64,000 bases of DNA from Bugula neritina (lineage: Eukaryota; Animalia; Bryozoa): positions 3,666,498 through 3,730,497 of the forward strand of contig OZ037765.1 of NCBI GenBank assembly GCA_964035545.1, in the 5' to 3' direction. Made by a program: the position numbers and the translations under genes. Below are positions 63,501-64,000 of the stretch, in pieces. Every line of letters starts with the position of its first letter. The first letter of the stretch is position 1. A model generated the notes under the pieces. The model saw only the letters and a program-made list of their open reading frames with translations, was not told the origin of the DNA and did not search any database.

Positions 63501-64000
63501 TTTCATAATAATTTAATTTTAGGATAACTAAAATAGTCCTTTTGAAAATATTAATCTGTGAAAATATGTTGTAAACTTTAAAAACTCAACATTTAAAGTA
63601 CAAACAGTGATTTCTAACAGATGAACCTCTAAACATAAACAATATCACCGGAAAGAAGCTGACAACAACTAATATAGAGATTTCAAGCCAACCTGCATCA
63701 GCATACACTGAGACTTGTATTTAGAGCTGCCTCCTGATTGGCTGGTTTTAACATGAGGAAACACGTGACTGAAGGTTTGATGGTGTATATAACTACAAGC
63801 AACAGAATATTTGTGCTAACTAAACACTATAGTAATTATAGGCAAGACAAAGGTGCATTTAATTCACACAACATGAGTTACTGACACACTGATACGAGTT
63901 ACGAGTTTAGATCTACCTAAGGAGTGCCGCGTGCATCTGTTTATGTCCGGCTGCTGGAAAATAGCCTGAGTATCTGTTAGCCATAGCCTCTAGTTTCAAC
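60563..64000 (-). CDS. VPS9-domain protein (putative Rab5-family GEF), 5'-partial; terminal exon uncertain
   Basis: - strand exons >64000-63917, 63768-63693, 63291-63190, 62738-62693, 62390-62356, 61883-61783, 61363-61258, then 61134-61106 and/or 60694-stop. All are GT..AG and phase-consistent: ..EEVERENNTESFKLQQLVSATSPLQILSVLKLAL|DEICAVNVLATDSTK|GPLATDDLIPLL|IGVLISHGNVDLPSLLQYTQIFGNTILDFHDAFE|FTMATFMAAVQYIISF. SP..L..L, (A)DDL.P.L and T...AAV.YI occur in VPS9 order and spacing. Confidence 0.8.
63438..63508. repeat. 38-bp-period tandem duplication in VPS9 gene intron
   Basis: tgcctatttattagcctgctgttgatttcataa at 63438 and 63476. Confidence 0.9.

Noticed and set aside
63733-63768. CCAAT box plus E-box (CACGTG) as a promoter
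   Set aside because: Lies inside the in-frame VPS9-gene exon 63768-63693.

Overview
AT-rich, intron-containing animal (invertebrate, probably lophotrochozoan; inference) genomic DNA, not prokaryotic; no CRISPR, rRNA or intact tRNA seen. By hand-splicing at GT..AG sites I find five genes: (1) a TPR-repeat protein gene on the - strand running off the left edge (2822->14); (2) a divergent Wnt5 (8377-21410, 4 coding exons, 372 aa); (3) PNPLA8/iPLA2-gamma (31150-36447, 7 exons, 611 aa); (4) TMEM132 (38694-59302, 10 exons, 1024 aa); (5) a micro-exon VPS9-domain (Rab5-type GEF) gene on the - strand entering from the right edge (64000->~60563). The ORF track shows genes 1 and 5 only as fragments or not at all. 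Main non-coding structures: a 3.6-kb fold-back DNA transposon in TMEM132 intron 4 (AT target duplication, ~800-bp arms near-identical outside and decayed inside, a nested inverted unit in both arms, dead ISL2EU/Harbinger-type transposase in the spacer), two MITEs, a tRNA-derived SINE family, a tandem duplication of a TMEM132 splice acceptor, and several microsatellites. All calls come from reading the sequence; no database search was run.
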